This document shows, piece by piece, positions 10,206 through 20,919 of a stretch of DNA of 37,744 bases (position 1 is the first letter of the stretch; every line of letters starts with the position of its first letter). Below the pieces are notes generated by a model. The model made no database searches. It was not told the origin of the DNA and saw nothing but the letters and a program-made list of their open reading frames with translations. Made by a program: the position numbers and the translations under genes. Origin of the DNA: Malassezia furfur (taxonomy: Eukaryota); the NCBI GenBank assembly GCA_052055015.1, contig JBQJIT010000062.1; one strand, given 5' to 3'.

Positions 10206-10285
10206 TACGGCGTGAGGGACTCGAACCCCCCATTGTTGCTGTTCTAAAGTGGAAGGCAACTGTTATACCCCTTAACTAACGCCGT
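10206..10285 (-). tRNA. tRNA-Gly (anticodon TCC) with a 9-nt intron
   Basis: Minus strand ACGGCGT-TA-GTTA-AGGGGTA-TAAC-A-GTTGC-CTTCCA-[CTTTAGAAC]-A-GCAAC-AATG-GGGGG-TTCGAGT-CCCTC-ACGCCGT-A folds as a cloverleaf. Anticodon at 10251-10253, intron at 10241-10249 (position 37/38). Confidence 0.9.
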
Positions 10286-10409
10286 GTCGGTTAGGACAGG
10301 CAAGAGCCTTTCCGAATTTCATTTAGGCCTTGTGCACTATCAATGACTATGGGCTGACAAATGCTCGCGAAAGAAATTTTGAGATGCACAGGCCGGCCTT
10401 TTTGCAACG

Positions 10410-10763
10410 ATGGCCAAGTCCCTGCGTTCGCACTCCAAACTCAAAGCACGCAATCTCAAGCGGTACACGGCCGGTTCAGACTATGCGGTGACGGCAGCAG
10501 CACGTCTAAACAAGGTCGCATCGCGCCTGCAGCAGCGTGCTGCTGCGCCCAAGGGCCAGGAAGGCGATGAGGAGTGGATGGACGACGAACCCGCACAGGA
10601 AGCAGACGTGTCTACGGGTGAGGCACAAATGCAGGAGGATGCGCCGCAGCCTCCCAAGAAGATTAGTACTTCGGGTCCGCGTGGATCGCGGAACGAACAA
10701 TGGCGCAAAGCGCACAAGGTCAAGGGCAGCAAGAACAATGGACGCGCCAAGCGTCGGCGGTAG
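10410..10763 (+). CDS. DUF2423 / YBL028C-like small basic nucleolar protein
   Basis: N-terminal MAKSLRSHSK...R, KISTSGPRGSR and a Lys/Arg-rich C-terminus. Upstream GAAATTTT-GAGATG (10373-10386) resembles RRPE/PAC ribosome-biogenesis motifs. Confidence 0.8.
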   Translation: MAKSLRSHSKLKARNLKRYTAGSDYAVTAAARLNKVASRLQQRAAAPKGQEGDEEWMDDEPAQEADVSTGEAQMQEDAPQPPKKISTSGPRGSRNEQWRKAHKVKGSKNNGRAKRRR

Positions 10764-11003
10764 ACGACCGGCGCCGAATGTGTTGGCGGGCTGTATTTGC
10801 GTCGCGAGTTGTGCCACTGTGTGCACCCGATGAACTAGACATACATAGCGAGGTCTATTCTGTACATGTATCAGGCGGCATCCGACTCGTGTGCGGCTGC
10901 ATCGGGCGGCTGAAGGCAGGAAATGGCCCGATTTCAGAAAACAATGCAGTCCGGATCTACCGGTGGGCGCTACAGTACAGATCGGGTCGGGTGCAGTGCA
11001 CCG

Positions 11004-14000
11004 CTACTTGGTGCACTGGATCACATTGTCGTGAATGTATCCATCAAAGGCACCCTCGTAAGGGATCGCTGGCGCACTGAGCAGCAGCGAACTCTCGATC
11101 GGTGCCAGCACATTGGTGGTCGGCCGGCTCAGCGTAATGAGCACCAGTCCCGCCGCCTTGATCGAAGGGACCAGTTCCGGGACACACTCAAGGAGCTCGG
11201 TGTTGGCCATAACACCGAGAAGGTTGTTGCCCTTGGCGAAGCGGACGCCCTCGGCGATACTCGACTGCCGCGGGTCTGCCCTGGCCGGAAGCTGGGCCAC
11301 AGCCGCATCGTGCGCCAAAGTGGTCTCGAGGATGAAGAAGACGGCGTCTGGGTGAGTGCGGAAGGTACATACAGTTGGGCTGCTTCCAGTTCAGTGCGAC
11401 ACACACGCCCGGCGAGGCGCTGCTGAAGAACAGCTGGCGGCTTTGCCCGCGGCTGCGGTCGGCGGCGTCGTACACGGCGTGTAGCGTCGCGTCCACGCAA
11501 TCGTTCACCGACACGGGCGCCGCGCCCGAACCCGGGGCGGCGTCGAGGTGCACCTCCAGTGCAAGCCCCACGGTGGGGGGTACGGTGGCCAGCAGCGTGT
11601 CGAGCGGGACGAGGGCGTTGGCGAGCTGGTTGCTCCAGTCGGCCATCGTTCGTGCCTCGGCGTCCTGCACGTCCCATCCGCGGCCGGTTTGTGCGGCGAT
11701 CTCGAGAAATTCTTGCTTGGTAACCTGGGACACGAGCGGTGCCCACACGGAAAGCGGGAGCGTGCGCTTCACGCAAGCCACTGGCACCATGTCGCTGGTG
11801 TAGCGCACCACCACGCGCAGATAATCGCCCGACAGCGACGAGGCAGTGACGTACGATGTGGACTCGGACGTGGGCGCGTCGGGCGCGCGCGGCACATCCG
11901 CGCGCGTCGCGGGCACCGCGGCCGGGCGTACGGTGCCTGCGGCGAGGTGCGAGAGGCCCGTGATGCGACGCTCGCTCGACGACGCGGGTACGAGCGAGAT
12001 GGGCTGGTTGCTGGACGGCAAAGTGCTCTTCCAGTACGTCTCGACGCGACCGCCGATCTCCAGCTGGACACTGCCGAACGGGCGCACGCACTCGACGGCG
12101 ACATCGATGTGGCCCACAACGTTTAGGTGCCAGTCAAACAGGGGCAGTTGGAGCATGCCACGACTCGGAAGCGTGCCCAGCATGTCCGGGAGCAGCGCCG
12201 TTTTGGCGATGCGCGACGAGCCAAACGGCGGGAAGAGCTCCCACTCGAGGTGGAACTGGTCGAGGTTCGCAATCTGGAAGGTGATGTCGTCGCGGTCGTC
12301 GGCCATGGGCAGGATGAGCGTGTGCGGAATGCCCGCCTCGGCACTCTGCTCCGCGCTGCGCGGCGTTAGGACAAGCTTCAGCGAGGAGGTGTGGCCCGCA
12401 AACAGCTCAAAGCGGTCCGGCACAGGACGTTTGTGCAGCACGATGCTCTTGTTGGACAACGAGATGGTGAGCAGCGAGCGCTTGTCGAGGTAGTTGTGCC
12501 CGTATGTGCGGAAGGGGATGATGGGCGGCGGGAGGTACAGCGAGGGGATGCCGTCCGCGTCGCCGTCCATGTCCATGTCCACGTCCGCATGGCCCTCAGG
12601 CGACGGCTTGAGCGCCGCGGGAGATACCTGCGATGCCGACGCTCGGGTCGACGTCGGTGCCTGCGTACGCGCAGTATCGAGGAGCAGACGCGTGCACGCC
12701 ATCCATCCGTTCCACGCTGCATAGAACACGGCGTGTCGCCCCTTTTCGTCGATATGGGCGAGCGACGCGCCGCGGTCAAGCAGCAGATGCACGCACGTCA
12801 TATGCCCGGCCTCGGCGGCGTAAAAGAGTGGCGTCCAGAGCGTGCCCTTTTCCGTGGCGTCCACCTCGACCCCCGCGTCGAGCAGCACGCGTAGGCACTC
12901 GGTATGCCCCGCGCGCGCCGCAAGTGCCTGCGGCAGCAGGCCCTCGGTGTTGGGCTCGATCTTGGCACCGCGGTCCAGGAGCAGGCGCGTGATGTCCACG
13001 AATCCGCCCTCGGCAGCGAGCGCGAGCGGTGACAAATCCGACGACTCGGTCTTGCCGCGCGGCGCACTCCCGACCGACGCCTTGTGGTCGAGCAGGATAC
13101 GCACGATCTCGGTATGCCCGCGCACCACCGCATGGATCAGCGGCGAGAAGCCATCGAGGTCGACGGCGTCGACGAGCGACGCAGCGTCAACGGCGTGCGC
13201 CGACTCGCGACTCGCTGGCAGGCTCAGCAGGTACCGGCAGATGTCCTCGCGGCCGTGCATCGCCGCGTAGGCGAGCGCCTCGCGCCCGTACACGTCGCAG
13301 GACCGCACCGGTACGCCATGTTCCACACATGCTTTGACGAGCTCGAGCTGGTTGGCGAGCGTGCTGATGTGCAGCGTTGTGCGTGCATTGATGTCGTCGA
13401 CAAACGCGTAGTTGGGCAGCTCTGCGACGATGGCGGCATGAATCGCCGGCGCAGACGCGGTGGCCAACGCGCGCCACACCTGGTGCTCCAGGCCGCTGGC
13501 GACGGGCGCCTGCGGGTCGAGCTTGTCGTCGCGCGCAGCTGTGTCGCCGAGCGCGGCCTGCATGTCTGACCAGGTCTCGCGGCGTGCGTCGGCGAGAAGC
13601 TGCTTGGCGTCGTCGGTGCGCGACTCGTGCACCGCGGCGTTGATCTGCTCACCGATCTCGTGGAGGAAGCCCTTGTCGGCGGATGAGTCACGCTCCGCGT
13701 CAAAGTCCATGCGGCGCTCCGAGTCGAACACGAGCGCGTCGCTGCCGGTAGGTGTGTTGGCGGCATGCAGAAAGATGGAGCCGGGGATGTTGGTCGCTGT
13801 GTATGGCAGGGCGCCCTTCAGGATCGCCGCCTCGTTCTGGTTCGACGATGCGGGCAGCTCGTGGCCCTCGGCGAGGCTCTCGAGCTGCAGCACACTCGCC
13901 GCGGCCAAATCGCTCATCTCGGCGATAAACTCGCGGTTGAAGCAGGCTGGGTGAGCAAGGTGGGCGACGTACGCTGCGCATCAACCTGGCGTGCCAGGTA

Positions 14001-14610
14001 CAGCTCCTTGGTCTGCGACTTGGACCGCTTGTCCCACTTTTTCAAGATCTTTCGGAAGCCAGTCGCATTGATCTCGATGAACTGCTGCAGTTTGGCCAGG
14101 TCCTTCTCAAAGTAGTGGAAGCCCTCGAGGAGCGCGACAAACGACGGCGAGTCCTTGGAGATGGCCACTTGCCCCGCGTGCTCGCTGCCCGGGCGCGCAT
14201 GGCCTGTCGCCGAGGCAATCAGATGGCGCTTCTTGCTAATGAGCGTTGTGAGGCGTGCGCGCAGGTCTGACTCCTTCTGCAGGTAGAACGCATTGATCTT
14301 TTCGAGCTCGCGCTCCAGCTTAAAGAAGAAGGCGGCCTTGTGGATCTGCAGCTCAGACGCCGGTGAGTCGGCTGCGAGCGGCGGCTGGTCGCTCGGCGCA
14401 TCCGAAGGTGGGCGCACACTGGTGGCGAACAGCGCGGCATCGCCGAGCCGGCCCTTCTCGAGTGAGTTGATGATCTGGGGTCAGTGCGGAGAGGACGTGC
14501 CTTCTTCAAGAACTTGTAGTCGAGGTAATACGACCCCCATCCTGAGATTTGCTGGCTGAGAATTTGCTTGCCGAACTGCGGCGTGAGCATACGCGCCAAC
14601 GCACCTTCAT
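11004..14610 (-). CDS. PHO81: Pho81/Nuc-2 CDK inhibitor (SPX + ankyrin repeats + GDPD-like domain), 5 exons
   Basis: Spliced MKFGKQI...YLDYKFLKKIINSL (SPX), FFFKLERELEKINAFY, INATGFRKILKKWDKRSKS, ankyrin repeats, IPSLYLPPPIIPFRTYGHNYL, LNWKQPNYAVFF. Introns: 14576-14604 (29 nt), 14475-14500 (26 nt, GC-AG), 13947-13972 (26 nt), 11348-11372 (25 nt). Confidence 0.93.
14475..14500 (-). other. 26-nt GC-AG spliceosomal intron in PHO81
   Basis: AAG|gcacgtcctctccgcactgaccccag|ATC. Removing it restores the SPX motif DYKFLKK-IINSL; branch CTGAC lies 5 nt before the 3' end. Confidence 0.8.
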
Positions 14611-14696
14611 TCTCGCGCACCGGTGCCGTGCACCCGAAGCGAGCGCGCAACGGTAACGCCGCGTACGGCCCCGCCTTGGGTCCTGCGAGCGACCGT

Positions 14697-14721
14697 GCCC
14701 ACGTGCGGACGCGCCCACGTG
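14697..14721. promoter_or_regulatory. Tandem Pho4-type E-boxes upstream of PHO81
   Basis: GCCCACGTG at 14697-14705 and 14713-14721 (CACGTGGGC on the PHO81 strand), about 90-110 bp upstream of the ATG. Confidence 0.6.
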
Positions 14722-14869
14722 ACGGGCGCCCGTTTGCCACTACACCGCGGTCGGACGTGTGTCACTTGGTCCGCAACGCCACGAGCGTGACGAAAAGGTT
14801 GGATCAGCTCCGCTGCAGCTTGACAAGAGCTCTGCGTTAATTGAGCGAGCGTCAGCCGTCCTATACAGT

Positions 14870-17800
14870 ATGGCGTCCATGGAGGTAGGTCAGCGACGTG
14901 TGCGGCCATACTGACGCGTCCAGGCGATTCTTGACTTTAGCCAGGAGCTCGATTTGGTGCTCCTGGACAACATCGTGGCTGCCATGTATACCGGCGCTGG
15001 TCCTGACCAGAAGCTGGCGCAGCAGACACTAGCACAGTTTCAGGAGCACCCGGATGCGTGGCAGCGCGTCCCGGTGATCCTGCAGCAGAGCAGCAGCTCG
15101 CAGACGAAATACATTGCGCTCCAAATCTTGGACCGGCTCATCTCGACGCGCTGGAAAGTGTTGCCCGTGGACCAGCAGCAGGGCATCCGCAACTTTATCG
15201 TCGAGATGATCGTCCAGTTGTCGTCGGATGACGAGTCGCTGCGGCGCGAGCGCACGCTGCTGGGCAAGCTGAACACGACGCTCATTCAGATCCTCAAGCA
15301 GGAGTGGCCGCACAACTGGCCCAACTTTATCCCCGAGATCGTGTCGTCGTCGCGCGGCTCGCTGTCGATTTGCGAAAACAACATGGCCATCTTGCGCCTG
15401 CTCTCCGAAGAGGTCTTTGATTTCTCGGCGGAGCAGCTGACGCAGGCCAAGGCGCGCAGCCTCAAGAACCAGTTCTGTGGTGAGTTTGGCGAGGTGTTCC
15501 AACTGTGCACCGAAGTCCTCGAAAAGGCCACGAAGCCGTCGCTGATCAAGGCGACGCTTGAGACGATGCTGCGTTTCCTCAACTGGATCCCGCTCGGGTT
15601 CATTTTTGAGACGAACGTGATCGACCAGCTCGTGACGCGCTTCCTCGAGGTGCCCGACTTCCGCAACGTGACACTCAAGTGCCTGTCGGAGATTGTCAAC
15701 CTGAACGTCGGGAGCGAGTACGACCCCAAATTTGTGGTGCTGTTCAACATGGTGATGACCTCGGTGAACCGTATGATCCCCCCGTCAACCGACATTGCTG
15801 GCGTGTACGAGACCAGCACGGATGCGGACCAGGAGCTTGTGCTGAACCTGGCGCTGTTCTTGAGTAACTTTCTGATCTCGCACGTGCGTCTCCTCGAGAA
15901 CGCTGAGAACCAAGAGGTGCTGCTGAACGCGCACCTGTACTTGATCAAAGTCTCGCAGGTGCCCGAGCGCGAGGTGTTCAAAATCTGCTTGGAGTACTGG
16001 GCGAAGCTCGTGAGCGAGCTCTACGAAGAGTACCAACAGTTCCCCATGAACGACGTGAGCTCGGTGTGGGGCCTCAACCTCGGCGGCGCTGCGCCTCAGC
16101 GCGCCGCAACGGGCCGCAAGGCGTTCTACACGAGCATTTTGTCGAACCTGCGCTTGGTGATGATCGAGCGCATGGTCAAGCCCGAGGAGGTGCTGGTGGT
16201 GGAGAACGACGAGGGAGAGATTGTGCGCGAGTTCCTGAAAGAGTCGGACACGATTGTGCTGTACAAGGCGATGCGTGAGGTGCTGGTCTACCTGACGCAT
16301 CTGGACGTGCTCGACACGGAAAACATCATGACCGAAAAGCTTGCCAAGCAGGTGGACGGCTCCGAATGGTCCTGGGCAAACCTCAACACGCTGTGCTGGG
16401 CGATCGGCAGCATTTCGGGTGCAATGAACGAGGAGACGGAGAAGCGTTTCCTGGTGACCGTCATCAAGGATTTGCTCGGTCTGTGCGAGATGAAGCGCGG
16501 CAAGGACAACAAGGCGGTGGTGGCGTCCAACATCATGTACATTGTCGGGCAATACCCCCGCTTCCTCAAGGCGCACTGGAAGTTTTTGAAGACGGTGGTG
16601 AACAAAAACTTTGAGTTTATGCACGAGACACACGAGGGTGTACAGGACATGGCGTGCGACACCTTTTCGAAGATTGCGCAAAAGTGTCGGCGCCACTTTG
16701 TGATGCAGCAGGCGGGCGAGCAGGAGCCGTTTATTGACGAGATCCTGCGCAACCTGTTGCAGATCACGGTGGACCTGTCGCCGCAGCAGGTGCACACCTT
16801 CTACGAGGCGGTGGGCTACATGATCACCGCGCAGCCGAACCGTGCGACGCAGGAGCGACTCGTGGAGAAGCTCATGGAGCTGCCCAACAACGCGTGGGAC
16901 AACCTGATGAAGCAGGCGCACAGCAATGTTGACGTTCTGAGCTCGCCCGAGAACATCAAGGTGCTCTCCAATGTGCTCAAGACCAACGTGTCGGCGTGCA
17001 CGTCGATCGGCCCCTACTTTTTGCCGCAGATCGGGCGTATATACCTCGACATGCTCGCGCTGTACCGCAGCGTGAGCGGCATCATCAGCGCCAAGGTCGA
17101 GGCCGAGGGCCTGATTGCCACCAAGACGCCCATGGTGCGCGGTCTGCGTGCGATCAAAAAGGACATCCTGCGCCTCGTCGACACCTACATGCGCCGCGCC
17201 GACGACCTCGAGTCGGTCAACGCGAACCTGATCCCCTCGCTTCTCGACGCGATCCTTGGCGACTACCACAACAACATCCCCGCTGCGCGCGACGCCGAGG
17301 TGCTCAACGTCATGGCGACCATCACCACGCGACTTGGCAGCTTGCTTACGGACAAGATCCCACCGGTGCTCGATGCCGTGTTTGAGCCGACGCTCAACAT
17401 GATCAACCAGGACTTTGCCGAGTACCCCGAGCACCGCGTGGGCTTCTTCAAACTGCTGCGTGCCATCAACCTGCACTGCTTCGCTGCGCTGCTCGATTTG
17501 CCCCCGGCCAAGTTCAAGCTGACGATCGATTCGATCATCTGGGCGATCAAGCACACGATGCGCGACATTGCCGACACGGGCCTCAACATCTGCGTGGAGC
17601 TAATCAACAACATTGCCAACACGGACCCGGCGATCTCGAGCGCCTTTTTCCAGCAGTATCTGCTCAACATGCTGCAGGACATTTTCTACGTGCTCACCGA
17701 CGCCGACCACAAGAGCGGCTTCAAGACGCAGTGCCTGCTCCTGGCGCGCATCTTCGAGCTGATCGAGACGGAGCGCATCACTGCGCCGCTCTGGGACCCG

Positions 17801-18169
17801 TCGCAGGTCACCGACCCGAACATGAACAACCGCCTGTTCATCCGGCAGTACACGGCGAACCTGCTCCGCTCGGCCTTCCCGCACGTCCAGCCGCAGTACA
17901 TCGACCAGTTCGTCAGCGGACTGTGCGAGCACGCGTCGGACCTGACGCAGTACAAGGTGCACCTGCGCGATTTCCTCATCACCTCGCGCGAGGTCGCCGG
18001 CGGCTCGGACAACTCGGACCTTTTCCTCGAGGACAAGGAGGCCGAGCAGCTGCGCAAGGCCGCCCAGGAGCGCGAGATGGCCGCCAAGGTGCCGGGCATG
18101 CTCAAGCCGTCGCAGATTACCGAGGAGGACGAGGAGCTGGTACGTCGCCCCCCACACTTACCCCAGTGA
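14870..18169 (+). CDS. CRM1: Exportin-1 Crm1/Xpo1, 3 exons
   Basis: Exon 1 (MAS)ME, then a 39-nt intron at 14885-14923, gives MEAILDFSQELDLVLLD. Contains DLLGLCEMKRGKDNK (leptomycin-B-reactive Cys) and GVQDMACDTF. A terminal 27-nt intron at 18140-18166 precedes the TGA. Alternative ATG at 14879. Confidence 0.97.
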
Positions 18170-18214
18170 CTCTTGCGTGAACTCTTGTACTAGGCTCATA
18201 GCTGCCCTTTTTTT

Positions 18215-18959
18215 TTACCCACGCGTGCCGACCGTCAGCAGCACAAACACACACACGCCGATCAACACCGCAACAATCACCGTGTCGCGGCGCCGACGGC
18301 GCGAAATGAGTGTCAGAATGCCGTTCAGCCCTGGGATCTGTGCTGCGGCATGCGTCATCCGCTGCAGCGTCTGCTGCAGCTGCGCGCGCTGCGCACGGAA
18401 CGCGTCCTGGGTTGCGAAAGCTTGACTGCGTTGTCAGTTGCGCAACGTACTCGAGTGTGTCGTCCATCATGCGCTGCGACCGGTCCAGGCGTTCGCGCTC
18501 GTTCAAGTACGCCTGCGTCTCAGAGGTGTGATCCGCACGATACGCATCAATATCTTCCTTCACATGGCCTAGCAGCTGCTGCCGGCTCACCGTGTGCTGC
18601 AGGTGTGTCTTGGTGCGGAAAAAGTCACGCTCCAGTTCCATAAGCAGTTCGCGGTGTCGCTGGATGGTATGGAGCTGCGTCTGAGTTGGTGGTAATGCAG
18701 GATCATTGAGAAACGTCGAGAGCTCGGCCTGTGCCTCGGCATATTGGGCCAGGAGCGTCTGGATCTCGACCTCGAGCGACGCGGGGTCCGGCGTTGTGGA
18801 CGACGTCCCACTGCTCATATCAACAGTAACGGCAGGAGTCGTGCTAAACGGCGATGCAGATACGGCCACCTCGGTCGCCAGCTGTGCATACGCGCTCAGC
18901 TTTGCGTCGAGCCGCTGCTGTGCCTGCCGCACGCGCCGTGCCTGCGCGTCCCACGACAT
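18215..18959 (-). CDS. GOS1: Golgi Qb-SNARE Gos1
   Basis: MSWDAQARRVRQ...IQRHRELL...ERERLDRSQRMMDDTLD. A 25-nt intron at 18426-18450 restores QAFATQ...IPGLNGILTLISRRRRRDTVIVAVLIGVCVFVLL (C-terminal TM anchor). TAA at 18215-18217. Confidence 0.9.
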
Positions 18960-19308
18960 GGTCGGCACGACCTCCACTTCATGTGGAGCCACGTGGTTTT
19001 CGGGTCCGCGTGGGGCGGCACGCGTCGCAGCTGTACATGTGGCGTGCCGCGTGGCGCACGCGGATTCCCCCGTGCGGCGGGGGGACGCGCAGCAAAACCT
19101 CGTCTCCTCCTCCTCCACCCTTTGGTTGCTGGGGTCGTGGAAGCGCGTTCTGCGGCTCAATCGTGCGGGTTTTTGCTGCTTGGAAAGCGCGTGAACGTCT
19201 CAGCTCCCCTGATCTCTTCGCTGGTTGTGCGTACTGCTCGTGCGCTCCCCTCTTTGCCGCTTGAGGCTCTCTTTACGTCGTTGACCATCACCTCCACCTC
19301 CACCTCGT

Positions 19309-20841
19309 ATGGCGGACTACATGGAGTCTGCGCCGCCGCCGCCGCCCGCTAGCTACCAGGCGAGCGTCGAAGAACCGTCCAAGAAGGAGACGCACGCGCG
19401 TCCCGATGATCAGGGCGAAGAACCGCCGATGAAATCGGCCAAACATGACGAAAACGGCTATGCCGGCAAGTCGAACGAGGAGTACAACACGATCGACTTC
19501 CTCGGCAATGTGTCGGGCGGCCCGCACGCGGCCGCCGCCGAGGCACTGGCCACCTTCTCGTCGTCGGTGGGGGGCGAGAGCGCGAACAACGCCAATATGT
19601 TTGTCCACGTCCCGCCCCACAACCCGTCCGCACCCGTGTCGAACGCCAGCCACAACCAGGCGTCGGGCACGAATGCACCGAGTGCTACGCCGCACGGCCC
19701 GCCATTCTTGTGCCCGACGTGCAACACGAGCTACTCGCGCTTGGAGTACCTCCGCCGCCACGAGCGCCGCCACGCCGACATCCGTCCTTTCTCGTGCGTG
19801 TGTGGAAAGAGCTTCTCGCGCAGCGATGTACTTGCGCGCCATAAGACCAAATGTCGCGTCGTACTCGCCGGCGATGCCGACGGCTCGTCTGAGCGCAAGG
19901 CTGAGCGGCGCCCGAGTGCGCCGCGCGCCACGCGCGCGCGCACCGCGTCACAGTCGTCGCGCAAGGCAGGCGGCGACGAGATGGCCGACTTGTCGGTCGA
20001 CCCTGCGCTGTCGAACGCAGTCGACATGTCGATGCAGCCGCCGCCACCACTCGAGGGCGAGGCGCCGCCGCATGGCGACGTCGAGGGTGACTCGTATGCG
20101 TTCAGCGGCGGCGCGCCTGGCTACCCCCACGCGTCCTACGGCGCGGTGGAGGGCAACGAGCACGGCGCGTCGGGTACGGCCAAATCGGCGGCGCACTATG
20201 CCGGCGCGCCGCCGCCCGGCACGAATGCGCACGGGGTGCCACACCGCTCACACGACGGCAAGGTGTATGCGCAGCATGGCGGTGCACCCGCCTCGGCGGT
20301 GCGCAGCAGCTCGTACGTGAGTGGCTCTGCGGCGATCCACCCTGAGCTCTCTGCGCGCAACGCGCCCGTGTACTCGCACAGCGGCGCGCACACGCCGACA
20401 GGCAACCATGGTGCCAACAGCCCGACGTCGAACCCCGCGTCCAGCAGTCCGTTTTACGCACATGCCGACGCTCCGACGCACGCGTCCTACCTTTCGAGCA
20501 ACCTGCGCGAGAGCGACGCGACGCCGAGTGGCGGTGCACCGCCTGCGAATGCGCCGGGGAATAGCGCGTCGAATGCGCCACCGTACCCGCTGGGTAAGGA
20601 GCCTGCGCGGTACTCCGTGTCGAGTTCTGGGCCGCTGTCGCCCTTCTCGAACACGGCGCTCAACTCGACCATGTCGCCGTACCTGTCTGCGTTTTCGTGT
20701 GCGCGGGACATTCCGCACTCGTCATCGCCACGGCCGTCGAACAGCGGTACTTCGTCGAGTGGTGCGCCGCCCGCGCCGCCCGCGACGTCGAGCGCGCCCG
20801 ACGCACCCGCGCCCCCTGCGCCGTCTGACGGCACCTCGTAG
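19309..20841 (+). CDS. C2H2 zinc-finger transcription factor (two fingers, low-complexity tail)
   Basis: CPTCNTSYSRLEYLRRHERRH-ADIRPF-SCVCGKSFSRSDVLARHKTKC; the remainder is Ser/Pro/Ala-rich. Confidence 0.85.
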   Translation: MADYMESAPPPPPASYQASVEEPSKKETHARPDDQGEEPPMKSAKHDENGYAGKSNEEYNTIDFLGNVSGGPHAAAAEALATFSSSVGGESANNANMFVHVPPHNPSAPVSNASHNQASGTNAPSATPHGPPFLCPTCNTSYSRLEYLRRHERRHADIRPFSCVCGKSFSRSDVLARHKTKCRVVLAGDADGSSERKAERRPSAPRATRARTASQSSRKAGGDEMADLSVDPALSNAVDMSMQPPPPLEGEAPPHGDVEGDSYAFSGGAPGYPHASYGAVEGNEHGASGTAKSAAHYAGAPPPGTNAHGVPHRSHDGKVYAQHGGAPASAVRSSSYVSGSAAIHPELSARNAPVYSHSGAHTPTGNHGANSPTSNPASSSPFYAHADAPTHASYLSSNLRESDATPSGGAPPANAPGNSASNAPPYPLGKEPARYSVSSSGPLSPFSNTALNSTMSPYLSAFSCARDIPHSSSPRPSNSGTSSSGAPPAPPATSSAPDAPAPPAPSDGTS

Positions 20842-20919
20842 TCGTTCCTGTATCGGGCCCTGCTTGCTGACATAACCCCCTGTTCGCTCCACACGCCCCG
20901 CCCCGCCCCGCACGCCACG

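Noticed and set aside
10826..10906. CCCGATG/CATCGGG inverted repeat with GATGA and CTGA-like words between DUF2423 and PHO81
   Set aside because: Only 7 bp, box geometry is wrong and I recognise no rRNA antisense element; probably convergent 3' UTR sequence.
11004..14610. Apparent frameshifts or pseudogene fragments in PHO81, GOS1, SAE2, ISC1 and ALG9
   Set aside because: Every break is resolved by a 21-29 nt intron with donor, branch and acceptor signals that restores conserved motifs.
15785..17554. Long antisense ORFs (589 aa opposite CRM1; also 2343-3695, 27796-29205, 1276-2130 and many others)
   Set aside because: Shadow ORFs expected from high GC and biased codon use of the real gene on the other strand; no recognisable motifs.
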